Below, piece after piece: positions 40,482 through 54,533 of a stretch of DNA of 64,000 nucleotides. Location: the NCBI GenBank assembly GCA_951406725.2, contig OX597830.1:74462001-74526000 (forward strand), read 5' to 3'. The notes under the pieces were generated by a model, which was given only the letters and a program-made list of their open reading frames with translations, ran no database searches and was not told the origin of the DNA. Position 1 is the first letter of the stretch; every line of letters starts with the position of its first letter. The stretch comes from Octopus vulgaris (taxonomy: Eukaryota). The translations under genes were made by a program, and so were the position numbers.

Positions 40482-40784
40482 TGGAAGCACATGGCCTAGT
40501 GGTTAGTGCAGCGAAATCGCAGTCGAGGGATCGCGATTTCGAATCTTAGACCGGGCGATGTGTGTATTTATGAGCGAAACACCTAAGCTCAATGCGGCCC
40601 CGGAAGAAGGTAATGGCGAACTTCTACTGACACTTTCGCTACAGCTTTCTCTCATTCTTTCCTCCTGCATCTTGCAGCTCACCTGCAGGGGACCGGCGTC
40701 CCGTCCAGGTGGGGAAACTATACGTCAAGGAAACCGGGAAACCGGCCCTGATGAGCCAGGCATGACTCGAGAAGGAACAAACAA
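40482..40784 (+). mobile_element. tRNA-derived SINE sharing its head with family C but with a different 3' half
   Basis: TGGCCTAGTGG, GATTTCGAATC and TGAGCGAAACACCTAAGCTC shared with 23467; tail GAAACCGGGAAACCGGCCCTGATGAGCC. Confidence 0.85.
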
Positions 40785-40816
40785 AATATAATATATATGT
40801 CTATCTATATATATGT

Positions 40817-40965
40817 ACGAGGATGTGCTGAAATGTTCCTAGTTTTAAGGGCATCACGAGAGGTCTCTTTGGAGGCTCAACCGTCTGAGTTCTTTCACGG
40901 TGCTTAGAAAACTGAAGGACCACTGCAATAAGTGTGTGAATCTGAGAGGGGAATATGTTGAATAA
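40817..40965 (+). mobile_element. Mariner-derived MITE-like fragment
   Basis: TACGAGGATGTGCTGAAA-type end joined to a C-terminal CNKCVNLRGEYVE* peptide. Confidence 0.65.
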
Positions 40966-41179
40966 CATAGAGCTACATTAACGATCCACTTGCCAGACAT
41001 AGCAAACAATTTTCAAATAAAGATAATGTGCGAATTAAATCCTAAATTCTTGTATCTTACTTTGCCATCAAGTACATCCAGGTTCAGTCTCATTGATCAA
41101 AACTTAAAGCATATTACTATATCTCCGACCCGAGAAAATGCCTCGTCTGTGAATTTGGTAGAGGCAAATATATATATCA

Positions 41180-41390
41180 AGGTGGAGAATTCACACCAAA
41201 AAGAAAAAAACAACAACAAAATACGAAGACAGGTGGTGTAGACAACAAACAGACGTATTAATATAACGCTCGGGAAGTGGAAGAGCCTTTAACGTTTCGA
41301 GTCTATGATCTTCCATAGAAAGGAACTCAGAAAGAAACAAGGAGAGAAAATAAAGAATGTGTAGTGGCTAGCGATCTATCATGGCGAATA
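41180..41390 (-). mobile_element. HHR-like short repeat, copy 2 (motif at 41286-41323)
   Basis: Minus CCTTT-CTATGGA-A-GATC(ATAG)ACTC-GAA-ACGT-T-AAAGG; flanks homologous to 1295-1499. Confidence 0.7.
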
Positions 41391-42721
41391 TATATATATA
41401 TTTCTTAAACAGACACACACATATCTATGTATGTTATGCGTGTGTGTCCGAGTGTGTATTTGACACTCCCCCTCAGATTAAGATTGGTTTGGGTTTGTTT
41501 ACTTCTCCACTCTATCACGTATTTGTTCGCCAAAATAGACTGATATAACAAGTACCTAACTTTGACCAGTACTAGGTTAGATTTGTCCGAATAAAATCCA
41601 TCCCATGCGGCTGTCCAGCTTGGCTGCACTCCATTGACTGAAATAATTAAAAAATACACGCTCAACTGCCATGTCGACTATCTCATTGATTATATATCTG
41701 CAATACTAGTACCAATAACATTTGGTTGTAGTATCATGTGTTTAGTTGTTGTTAACAGATAATCTGTAACAGGTCAGATCTTAGACCAAAGATACTTCAA
41801 CCGTTACCATGCGTTACTATTTTTCTTAAGTGTAGAGAAAATAGGACTACATTCATCAGCATGTCTATTTAGTCTTTTGGAGAAAGATATAACGCAAATA
41901 TCACAGCTACTATTAGCATGTACTGATACCATGTACGGGTTTCCTTGCTCCTTCCTTGTGTGTGTATGACGCCAGAGGTTTTGCGTTATAAGTCGCTATA
42001 AATATTGCTTGAAAAATCTCATTAACTGCAGCTTGCATTACACCCAATTATATACTAATATTGATAATGTATTACAAATGAATAAAACGCAAACAAAAAA
42101 TATCTTTATCGGCAAGAAATCAAAATCATTTAAATCAGTTTATTAAACTTCACATGACTATAATAATTTACAGGTAATTTACATATTCATATGCAATTAT
42201 GAACATTTCCAAATTCACGACTTTCTCACCGTTGAATTTAAACATGCGGCGTTTTCTTACCGACTACGAAGGAAATATTACTGTATATTATGTTACAGAA
42301 CAAAGAACAGCTAGCCGTCACTGGCAAGCGAGTATGGCTTGGTAGAAGATACCATGTTTTTGCAATTTGTTGTAGGTGCTTATGTGTTCGTGAGCAAACA
42401 TACATACACATCACTCTCAGCACCATCGCTTTGACCCAGCGCAATAAGCAGGTGGTGACCCATGGAAGGAGAGGGGGCTAAACCAAAATCAGGCTGAGTG
42501 GACTAAAGCAGTGTAAAACTAAGTGCCTTGCTTAAGGACGCTATTTACCGTTCTTTAGTGGACCAAGCTACAGACAACATAGTAAACCAATACATGGGAG
42601 AGTAATTTAGAGTCGTATGCAGTTGAAATCCAATAGAACCAATCAGTGAAGATTATTTCATGAGGACTGTATAGAATATGAGGGAAGTCAATAGTACTAT
42701 GCTATTTATAACATACACACT

Positions 42722-42938
42722 ATTCTCTTATTCTTTTATTCTTTTACTAGAGTACCATTTTAAGTGATTTTAGTCAAACACATCGACACCTGGGCTTTGT
42801 AAGTCCAGCACTTATTCTATGGGTCTTTTTTACCGAAACGTTAAATTATGAACGTAAACATACCAGTATTGGTTGTCAAATGATGGTAGGTAGCTGGAGG
42901 TGGAGGGTAAAACAGACACAAAAAGGCACTTAAACACA

Positions 42939-43009
<71 letters not shown>

Positions 43010-43182
43010 GTATACAACGGGCTTCTTTCTTTCACTTTCCGTCTACCAAATCCACTCTCTAAACTTCGCTGGGCCTGAGGCTATATTAGAGGAAACTTTC
43101 CCAAGGTACCACACAGTGGGACTGAACCCGGAACTTTTTGGTTGGAAAGCAAGCTTCTAATCACACAACCATAACTGGGCCA
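42722..43182 (-). mobile_element. SINE family B, full length
   Basis: Homologous to 28555-28979, including the internal microsatellite. Confidence 0.85.
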
Positions 43183-43194
43183 ATATAAATATAA

Positions 43195-43302
<108 letters not shown>

Positions 43303-43315
43303 TTTATTTTAAGCA

Positions 43316-43362
43316 AAAACTGTCTGATGAACGGCAACGAGAAACTCAGAGTAACAGATTTT
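43316..43362 (+). ncRNA. Minimal type-I hammerhead ribozyme with canonical core
   Basis: AAAACTGT-CTGATGA-ACG(GCAA)CGA-GAA-ACTC(A)GAGT-A-ACAGATTTT; GNRA loop II, near-palindromic stem III, GUA triplet. Confidence 0.8.
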
Positions 43363-43460
43363 GTTGAATTTTCTGCTGCTTAAAATAAAGCATATTACTC
43401 TACCACTGGTATTTGAGTACTCTTTTTCCACCTTGTTTCACATTTATGTTTTTACTCCGG

Positions 43461-43503
<43 letters not shown>

Positions 43504-43504
43504 G

Positions 43505-43536
<32 letters not shown>

Positions 43537-43548
43537 TATATATACATG

Positions 43549-43605
<57 letters not shown>

Positions 43606-44158
43606 ATGCATGTACGTTTGAATTTATGTGTGTATATTGTACATAACCTTACATAAAATCAAGACAGATCAATTTGCATATGAAATTTAAGACTGCAGCT
43701 CATGTTCTAATCTTGGTCTTTTTTCTAACTACGCCGCTGTTTGGGACTCTTTTCAAAATTAAGTCCACCACTTTCTCTTACGTTTCTGACTTTCTATTTC
43801 TTCTCTCTTACTTATTTACCCTTTCACTTCTGTACCACTCATTCATTCAGTGTCTCTGTATACATGTGTATGTGTGTGTTTGGGTACCTCTGTGTTTGTG
43901 TACGTGTGTGTTCAGTGTACGTAAGCGAGTCTGTATGTATGTGCGTGTTTACAAATTTTCCCTTTTTCCCATATGTTTTTATGATTCGAATAATGAATGA
44001 AACAAATTTGTATACATTATATGTGTGTATGCTTATATATTCACATGTATATATATAGAGATTCGTGCATAAATATATTCGCAAATATATGTATATATAT
44101 ATATATATGTATATATATATGTATGTATGTACGTATGTATGTATAAATAAATATATAT

Positions 44159-44199
<41 letters not shown>

Positions 44200-44559
44200 T
44201 CATATATATATTTATATATATATAGTCATATATATATATATACATACTTAAATATATATATACGTATATATAGATAGTTATACATACATATATATATGTT
44301 TGTGTGTGTGTATATATATACACGCATATATACATAAATTTGTTATGAATACACCTCTCGCTATATACATGTATATATATTATCATATGCATATACACAC
44401 ACCTTGACACACCCACACATACATATGTTGCATATACACATTTATATATTAGACTGAATGTGCACATTCAATATATGACTATACGTGAATTTATTCTTGT
44501 ATGTATATATATATATATATACACATACATACAAATATATATATATGAGTTTCAACATG

Positions 44560-44595
<36 letters not shown>

Positions 44596-44985
44596 TTTCT
44601 ATATGTGTATATACCTAAAGTTCTATCTCTCATATCACATCACACTTCACGTACTTTTCACTTTACACTAGACTGGATGTCCGTCTAAAACGTATAAGTC
44701 ATTTAGAAAATCTTTGATTTCCCATGTGACAAAACTGTCTCCCTCCCTCGCGGCTGTCTGAAATTATGAACGATGATTTTAGTTGTTCTTTTGTTGGTGT
44801 GTTTATTTCGGCATTTCTATACGTCTTACATTGAAGCGCCACGACTTTTCTTCCCGCCAACACTACTTTTCAAAGATGGCCGTAATTTTTACTTATAAGT
44901 TTGTACGCTGTGCAAACCTGCAGAATCTATTCAATATTTTGTTCTTTTTAATCATTTTGTTTTCTTTTTTTATCTAGTGTGTACA

Positions 44986-45035
<50 letters not shown>

Positions 45036-45834
45036 TTGTCGGACTTGGCATTCCTTCAGAGTATTTCGTTCATCATCGTACGTTACTCTTACCTGATATT
45101 ATATACGTTATATAAGACAAATGACTCTCTCCTTCCAATTGTTTTTCGCACAAATTCCTGTCGACTATCTAATATAAACGGAATAACTGCAATATAATAT
45201 TAGCAACGCTCTTCCTTATCCTTCTTATATCAGCCTTTATTTCCTATCATCTTGGCCAAGGATGGCTTAAAAACAAACGTATCAAGGAATGTCCGAACAA
45301 ACGGACAAAACGTTTGAACGAAAGGTCGATCGAATGAATACATTTCTGACTCAACCAGCATAAAGCAAAAGAAAAAAAAAAAGAAAAGTAAAGAATTGAC
45401 GGAGAAACTGAATGAGTGAGAGAAAGAGAATGTAGTTGAAAAACCAAAAAACCAAAAAAAAAAAAACAAAATATTAAAAAACAGAAAAAGGAAAAAGGAA
45501 ACGAAATGTCTGAATGAATGAAGGAAGTAAGGAATGAACGAATGAATCAAGGAACCAAGGAATCAAGGAATCAATGATAGGTTATACAAAAAGAGTCTTC
45601 GTGGTATTTTCGCTTTTATTGGCGTTGCTTTATGAAAAAGAACGTTGCTGTCTTTTCAGTTTGTTTTCCATTGCATGCAAAGCGAAAGGATATTTGCGAT
45701 AGGAAAACTGATAACTTTGTTTATCAATTACTTGTATATCGTTCACAAGGACATCGCCAAGAATATTAATATATATACACAGACGTATGCGCATTATGAA
45801 ATTATATATGTGTCTCTGAGTATGCTAGTATGAT

Positions 45835-45895
<61 letters not shown>

Positions 45896-46099
45896 GTGTG
45901 TGTGCGTGTATACACATACACACACATATATATAGGTATATATATACGTATATATGTGCGTATTATAAATACACACACATACGTATATTTGTTTACGTAT
46001 GTACATATATGCATATACATAAATGTATATGTGTGTGTGTTTTGTGTCTGTACTTACTGTACACGTATATGAGTGTGTGTGTGCATGTGTGTAAATATA

Positions 46100-46131
<32 letters not shown>

Positions 46132-47323
46132 CATGTCTATATAAAAACGTACACACATACACCAATACCTACAGTCACATGTTCATTTCCGTTACAATAT
46201 ACATACACATGTATAAATGCGTGACTGTGTGTGTCGTTGTGTTTCAGTGTATATGTGTGTGTTCTCCCACTGTGTGTGTATGTGTGTATGTTTGTGTGTG
46301 TGTGTGCGTGTGCGTGTGTTTGTGTTTGTGTTTGTGTTTGTGTGTGGGTGTGTGTGTTTGTGTGTGTGCTTGTGTAGCAACAAACTTACAACATTAGATA
46401 CCATCGAAACCTGTTCCCTCACACTTCAACATAACACCCTCTCTGCACTCCCTTTCTGTCAATCCTGCTATTTATTTATATATTTATTTATTTATCTATT
46501 TATTTATTCATTCATTCATTTATTTATTAAATTCTCTTACCGTTCTCTTCATCTTTTCTTTCTTTTATACAACTCCGAACTCACTCGCCCCTATTGGAAA
46601 ATTCCTTGATAACCAAAAACCGCACTCAAGTAACCACCACATCTTGGAACAGCACGTTTATCTCCCCCTTCGCCAATAACTTTGCACTGCTTTCTATTTA
46701 TATGCCTTCCTATCTGAATATGCATCATTCTCAAACTTCCGTTAATCCCAACTATTATATAAAAAAAGCATCAAAGTTTCATTTTTTTTTTCTTATGCAG
46801 AATTTCAGAAGTGCAGATATACGATGTGATATTATAACATAGCTAAGGCACCAGTTGTACCAATTACGGAACCGAAATTACTTTGTACCGGTAATGTTTC
46901 CCTTATAATTTTTTATATTAAATTTCTAGGTAACCTAGTGCAGTCAAGCTCTCCATGGTAGCAGATATGGCAATGTAGTTTTAAAAATTAGTTTCCTGAA
47001 GTACGTGGTTGCATATTATATTCCATGGTACGGCACATTGAGTAAGTAACGAACGAGTCTCCTTGTAAGTGAATCCTTTAGTAAACGGGATTTACGTGGA
47101 AGCCTAACATACTGATCATTCACGTGCATGGGAGGTAAATTCAATCCATAGCTCAGTTATATACCCCACACAGCATGTTCTTTGTATTTAGGGTTGTCCA
47201 ATCTTTTTTACATTTAATGGAAACAGGTTACAAGTCAGCGTTTCACTTCATTTTTTCACCAGTCTATGAGGCTCCCTGTAAAGTATATTTACTCATGCGA
47301 TTCGGATGAATATGCAGTAGAAA

Positions 47324-47380
<57 letters not shown>

Positions 47381-47464
47381 GGCGGTGCATCACCATGGCC
47401 GCAGCTCTGAGCTGAAACTAGAAAAAAAAAAAACACACACACACATTTTTGCTCTAACCATTCT

Positions 47465-47582
47465 TTTTTCTCGTTCGCTCTCGGTTTTTTTTACCTCTTA
47501 ATCTTTTCTGTCGAAGAGCATAGGTTTGAAACGTCAATGACTTTTCTATTTTTCCCGAGCGTTAAACTAGTACACCTGCTTG
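47465..47582 (+). mobile_element. HHR-like short repeat, copy 3 (motif at 47503-47540)
   Basis: CTTTT-CTGTCGA-A-GAGC(ATAG)GTTT-GAA-ACGT-C-AATGA. Confidence 0.7.
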
Positions 47583-47591
47583 TACACACAC

Positions 47592-47651
<60 letters not shown>

Positions 47652-48034
47652 TTGTGTGTGTGTGTGAATGTGTGTGTGTGTATATATATGTATATGTATA
47701 CAAGCATATATAAAACATTTTTCAGCTTTAAACACTAACATTAGAGATCTAAATATAGCTATTGATTGTTTGAAATTTGTTCTGTGAACAATAATTTTAA
47801 AATTGTATTCAAGGAGTAAATCTAAGGTACCAAGGTATTTAACAAAACTCAGTTCTAACCGTCAGCAATGGCCCTAAGAAACAACCTGTATGCAGTTATG
47901 CGACCTTGTAAAATTAGCAGGCAAAACTCCATCTTGAAAAATATGCAACTGATATTGTTTATTTTTAACCTTGATATACAAAAGACACGAGGCAGTGAAG
48001 ACTTGCTTGAATCTAAGTCATTACAAATATTGCT

Positions 48035-48215
48035 TTCGAAATTTGGCATAAGGCCAGCAATTTCGGGTGAAGGGTAAGACGATTACATCGACCCCAGTGA
48101 TCAGCTGTTATTTATTTCATCGTCACCGAAATGAATTTGAATTCAGAGCGAAAATACCAGCGAACGGTTGTTAAGCACTTTCCAGGGGTACTAAGGGCTT
48201 TGTTGTCTCGACGAC
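48035..48215 (-). mobile_element. Degenerate SINE family A
   Basis: GATTACATCGACCCCAGTG...ATTTGAATTCAGAGCG. Confidence 0.65.
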
Positions 48216-48524
48216 TTGCAAATCATAGAAATATTCTCAACAACAGAATGAAAATTTAGAGTAGTAGAAATCAAACTTTAAGATGATCTGGCGGTAGAGG
48301 TGCAATTTTCAGGTTTAGTTAATTTATATTGCTAAGGAACACGAGAATTTCCCCCTGGTAGCTGATTCTACAAGAAAGAGCATGAAAATTTCCATAAAAC
48401 CGTACAGGTTGATACTATTATTTTAAAATTAAACGAGAAAGATAAATATGTTGATGTAAATACATAACAATATCTGGGGAAAATTCTGGATTGATTATAC
48501 TTGGAGGGCTGTATGGAAATAACT

Positions 48525-49418
48525 ATTGGAGCGAGTCATAAATAATTTCGTTTTTTGTTTTAAGTAAATTGAATCGACATATTTAAAACTGAAATTGAAA
48601 CTACCGTTTTAAAAAGTCCTTATTCGTCAGTCAAAATTAAGCGGTGAAAGCGTGCACCTCATACTTTAATATTTCAATCCCTAGAATGGATAAATTGAAA
48701 AAATGTATTCGACAGGTGATGTTACAGGAGTTTAAGAATTGAAAAAACGCCACAGAAACAGCTTCGATGGTGACCGAAATATGGTGACCAAAATTGGTTT
48801 TGTAAGTTTGGTTCCGGAAATTTGTCATTGAGAGATCAACTCAATCCAAGACGTATCAAAGCTGAGCTCCATGGAACAAAGGAAGGTTCTGTTGTGTGTA
48901 AGGTGGGATTACCGCGGATTTATTTATTTCGAGATTTTAAATCGCAATCAAACACTAAATGGCGAATTATACTCTCAACAACTTCAACGTGGGCTTGAAA
49001 ATCATTTAAGAATCCGCCCGGCACTCGTCAGTAGGAGAAACGTTGTGCTTGTTCGTCGTAACACAAGACCATAATCAGCAAGGATCACGCAGGTTGAAAT
49101 ATTGAATTTAGGTTCGTCTCTTCCACTCCATCCATCATATTCATAAGATCTTGCACCAACTGATTTCTTTTTCGCTCTTTACAAAACGCTCTAAAAGGGA
49201 AAAAAATTTTCTCATGAACATCAGGTGAAAACGTATGTGCAAATCTGTCGAAGCCAGCTGAAAGTTATTCAAGAGGAATGAAAAAGCTACTTCATAAATG
49301 GCAAGAGGTCACTCAAAATAATGGTAACCATACTGATAATTGAAAATAATTCTTTGTAAAAATTTTTCTTCAGTAAAGGTGTTTAACAAAATCGAAATTA
49401 TTTACGACTCAAGCCAAT
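48525..49418 (+). mobile_element. Internally deleted mariner transposon with both TIRs
   Basis: KVLLCVRWDYRGFIYFEIL..LYSQQL, HPSYS*DLAPTD; TIRs ATTGGAGCGAGTCATAAATAATTTCG and CGAAATTATTTACGACTCAAGCCAAT. Confidence 0.9.
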
Positions 49419-50223
49419 TTCTATAAATGGTGAATGTCAGAAAAGAAGTCTTTCTTCTGGCGTTCTATGAAAGTCGCAAAGGAGGAGAGGTAAATCCACA
49501 ACTGGGGGGTAAATGGGATACAATTTCATTCGAAATCTAAAGTTTTACGCGGCCTATGTAGTTGAAATATGTCTCCACATGAAAAAAAAAATACTCTACT
49601 TTTCTTTAAAAAAATATCTAAATATCACACTGTTACCCTGTTACACCCATTAAGAAGGGAGAGAGAAAGCGCTGCAATTAGAGGTTTTAAGAATTACAAT
49701 ATTTAGCGCAGCAAAGATTGCTGGCCAAGCAGCGTCAGGTCAAATAGCAGAATAACTAATCAACATTTGAAATATTTAAGACTTTTATTATAAGTGGATT
49801 CAGTAATTATATAACGTTTAGCATTCCGTATTCCCTCTCTTGCAGTTTATTATTTCATTTTTAATCTCTTTCGAATTATATCGTTCTTTGTGTAGCAACG
49901 TTAAAGCGAGATTTAAATCAGAGGCTTTGATACGCTTCGTTGAAAATCGCGATAATAACAATAAAATATTTCTAAAAGTAATTAGAATTTCTATATATTG
50001 CATCACAACTTTATATTATTAATCACTTTAGCACACACGCTCACACACACACACACACTCGCACAGGCGCGCGCACATGGAGACAAATGCATGTGCATTC
50101 GACCAGGAATTATATACACACGTACAATAGATGCGTATGAATGGGCGTATGTATATACACATATATGCGTATGTCTTTCACTCACAAGATATATTTGTGT
50201 GTAACACACTCACACACACACAC

Positions 50224-50254
<31 letters not shown>

Positions 50255-50281
50255 CTTATAAGCATCTATATACATATAAGC

Positions 50282-50327
<46 letters not shown>

Positions 50328-50364
50328 GTTTATATATATATATACACATATATATATATGTATA

Positions 50365-50402
<38 letters not shown>

Positions 50403-50606
50403 TATATGTATATAAATATATATATGAATATGTATATAATATGTACGTATATATGTATGTATATGCACACACAGATACAAACATTCATGCGCACAGAAAC
50501 CCACTCCACACTTCTGTTTTAAATATTTTAGGCGCAAACAATAACACAAACGCAATTAAAAAATGTATTTATAATATACACGTATACACAAATAAACGTG
50601 TGTATG

Positions 50607-50653
<47 letters not shown>

Positions 50654-50722
50654 ATAAACATAAGTGTGTATGCACACATACACACACACATAAACACACA
50701 CATATGTGTATATGTACATCTT

Positions 50723-50768
<46 letters not shown>

Positions 50769-50940
50769 CATATATATTCCATTCAAGTATTATTCTTATG
50801 CTATCAAGCATTCTCCAACACGCATATCGACACGACGCAAACACGCAGTTTCCCTTTCACCCCACCTTTCTCTCCCCATCTCTATCCTCCTTCCTCATCT
50901 CTGTATCTTCTTTCCTATGTCTCTACGTATATGTAAGCAG

Positions 50941-50986
<46 letters not shown>

Positions 50987-51071
50987 GTGAATGTGAGCAT
51001 GTCTGGATACATACATACACAAAATTTTGTTCAGAGTAACCCAATGCACACACATGCTTCTATATATATAA

Positions 51072-51130
<59 letters not shown>

Positions 51131-51477
51131 TACATATAATATATATGTATACCCGTATGCGTATGTGTTCACACATACTCATGCGTTTATATATGTAAAT
51201 ATACCCACAAGCAAAAACATAAATAATTTTTCAGATACATACATGCATAGAAAAGTTATTGTCATTTTGTGCATCCTTTATGAAGACTTGAATATATAGT
51301 GACTGTGTGTGTGTACATACATATATACATACATATATATATATACATATATATGCATATATATATATGTATGTATCTATAAAACACGTACATGTTTGAA
51401 TGTGTGCACGTATGTGTATGCATACCTGTAAGTATGTATATATTGATATAAAGAATAAGTATACATGTATTCATATA

Positions 51478-51509
<32 letters not shown>

Positions 51510-51557
51510 CGTATGCATATATACGAGGGCACATGTTCAAGCAGATACCTGCACAGC

Positions 51558-51643
<86 letters not shown>

Positions 51644-52717
51644 ATATACATATACAGATTGATGGTTATATACTTAGAGCAATACGTATGTGAGTATGAA
51701 TGTTTGTCTGACTGTACACGTGCATATTATATATATATGTATGTATGTATATATGTACGTATATATATACATATATATGTATGTATATATATACATATAT
51801 ACATATATACATATATACATATATATGTATGTATATATATATACATATATATATATACATGTCTTATATATACATATGTATACACACTGTGTGTGTTTGC
51901 TTGTATGTGTTTATGTGAGGGAGTTTGCATATATTTATATCATTTGTATAGGCTGTTATACTGGTACTTGAATGTCTATATATCTCTAATACCCTGTATG
52001 TTTGTGTGTCTATGTGTGTTTTCGTGTTTGTGTGCGTGTGTGTGTACGTTAGTGTTAAATTACATATTTATTAATTTAACATGTAACGGCAATGATATGA
52101 ACTCATTTCAAAGTAATACAAAAGATGTATTTTAATGAGACATGTGATCACATACATATCCTAATTGGAAATAGAGTAGTTTCAATTAACAACACAGCTA
52201 ATCAATTCCAAGTTAATCATATATGCATATAATAAATATTTATTTTCGAAATATAATTAGAAAAAAGAGAAATTCCTGAGGTTCTTTTGTTCCTTTTTTT
52301 TTTGCCTTCGCTATATATCTTTTCGGATTACTAATTACGATACGTATTCATCTCTAATGAATAACAATTAAAACCTCTGTACCTCTTATCCTAATCATTT
52401 GTTTCACAGGGTTGTTTGTATACCTTAAAAAGCTTTGTGTAATTCTGTACAGGGTGGAATAAATGTCACTAACCATTTTTGACTCGAACGCTTCCAATTG
52501 TCTATTTATTTATGATTTTTTTTTTCTTTTTAAGATATTTTCTTGGAGACAGAGTCTGCATAAACACTCTCTAAACATTGTTGGAAATAAAGAATAATGT
52601 TCAACACGTAATTTCTGCTTTGCAGCAAGATACATTATGAGCTGTCACGGAATAATGCCAAGAAATGGTGCCAATTGTGAAACAAATGGAAGAAATTCTG
52701 AGGTTGCTTATACCTTT

Positions 52718-53560
52718 TTACTTTTTACTTATACTTGTTTCTGTTATTGGTATGCAGCCATGCTGGAGCATCCCCTTCAAGGGTTTAGTCGATCAAATTG
52801 ACAACAGTAATTATTTTATAAGCTTGTTCCTTATGCTATCGGTCTCTTTCCTGACATGCTAACTTGCTGGTACGTAAAGCAACCAGCACCGCTTGTCAAG
52901 CGCTGGTGGGTCACACAAACACAAAATGATCTCACTCACGTGGATGGAAGCACTCCGTCGGTTACGACGACGAGGGTTCCGGTTGATCCGAATCAACGGA
53001 ACAGCCTGCTCCTGAAATTAACGTGTAAGTGGCTGAGCACTCCACAGACACGTGTACCCTTAACGTAGTTCTCGGGGATATTCAGCGTGACACACAGAGT
53101 GACAAGGCCGGCCCTTTGAAATACAGGTACAACAGAAACAGGAAGTAAGAGTGAGAGAAAGTTGTGGTGAAAGAGTACAGCAGGGATCACCACCATCCCC
53201 TGGCGGAGCCTCGTGGAGCTTTAGGTGTTTTCGCTCAATAAACACTCACAACGCCCGGTCTGGGAATCGAAACCGCGATCCTATGACCGCGAGTCCGCTG
53301 CCCTAACCACTGGGCCATTGCGCCTCCACCTTCTCACTCACGTACACGCAAACACAAAACACACACACAAACATACGCGTATTCATAAATACATATACAT
53401 ACACGGCGTACATTTTTCATTTTCGGTCTACCTAATCCGCTCACAAGGATTTAGTCGGCCCGTTGCTGTTGTAGAAGACAGCTGCCCAAGGCGCTACGCA
53501 GTGGGACTGAACCTGGAACCGTATGTTTGAGAAGCAAACTTCTTTCCAGACTATCACGAC
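52718..53560 (-). mobile_element. SINE family B interrupted by a nested family C SINE
   Basis: Family B tail at 52718-52925 and head at 53400-53560. Confidence 0.8.
52942..53331 (-). mobile_element. Full-length SINE family C with 12-bp TSD
   Basis: TSD TCTCACTCACGT at 52930-52941 and 53332-53343. Confidence 0.93.
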
Positions 53561-53820
53561 TATAACTAATGGTGAATATTGTTCGACATGTAGTTTGAGC
53601 CTTGCAAAAAGGTAGGTAATTGCAGGTCATTTGTACCATGTGAGGTCAGACGACTACCTCACAAGCTCCATCAGTGATCTACGTAACATGGAAATAAATT
53701 GTAGCTGGAACAACTGCACCGATTGAATCGGTGAAAGAAGTTCTATTAGATTGAGTAAAAATAAGTAAAGTAATGTTACCTTCTTTAGTTATGGCGACTC
53801 AAACGGTCGTATATATTCGC

Positions 53821-53952
53821 TCACCTGGAAGAGATGCCAAATAGGAATGTATCTGTTCTCTTGGCTTTCAGACTCGTCCACACGATATCTTTTGCCACAG
53901 CCACCAGGAAAAGAAAAACTGCATTACCAGCTCGATTAAAGGAAGGCGGCGA

Positions 53953-53953
<1 letters not shown>
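53821..53953 (-). mobile_element. Possible L1/Tx1-like LINE C-terminal fragment
   Basis: SPPSFNRAGNAVFLFLVAVAKDIVWTSLK resembles the AK..IW C-terminal motif of Tx1/L1 ORF2; short. Confidence 0.35.

Positions 53954-54533
<580 letters not shown>

Noticed and set aside
40745-40775. CTGATGAG...CTCGAGA in a SINE tail
   Set aside because: GAGA instead of GAAA and no NUH or stem arrangement; explained as SINE 3' sequence
41810-41865. Minus-strand CTGATGA..GAAA..GTA
   Set aside because: Extra bases before GAAA, with unpaired stem III and stem I
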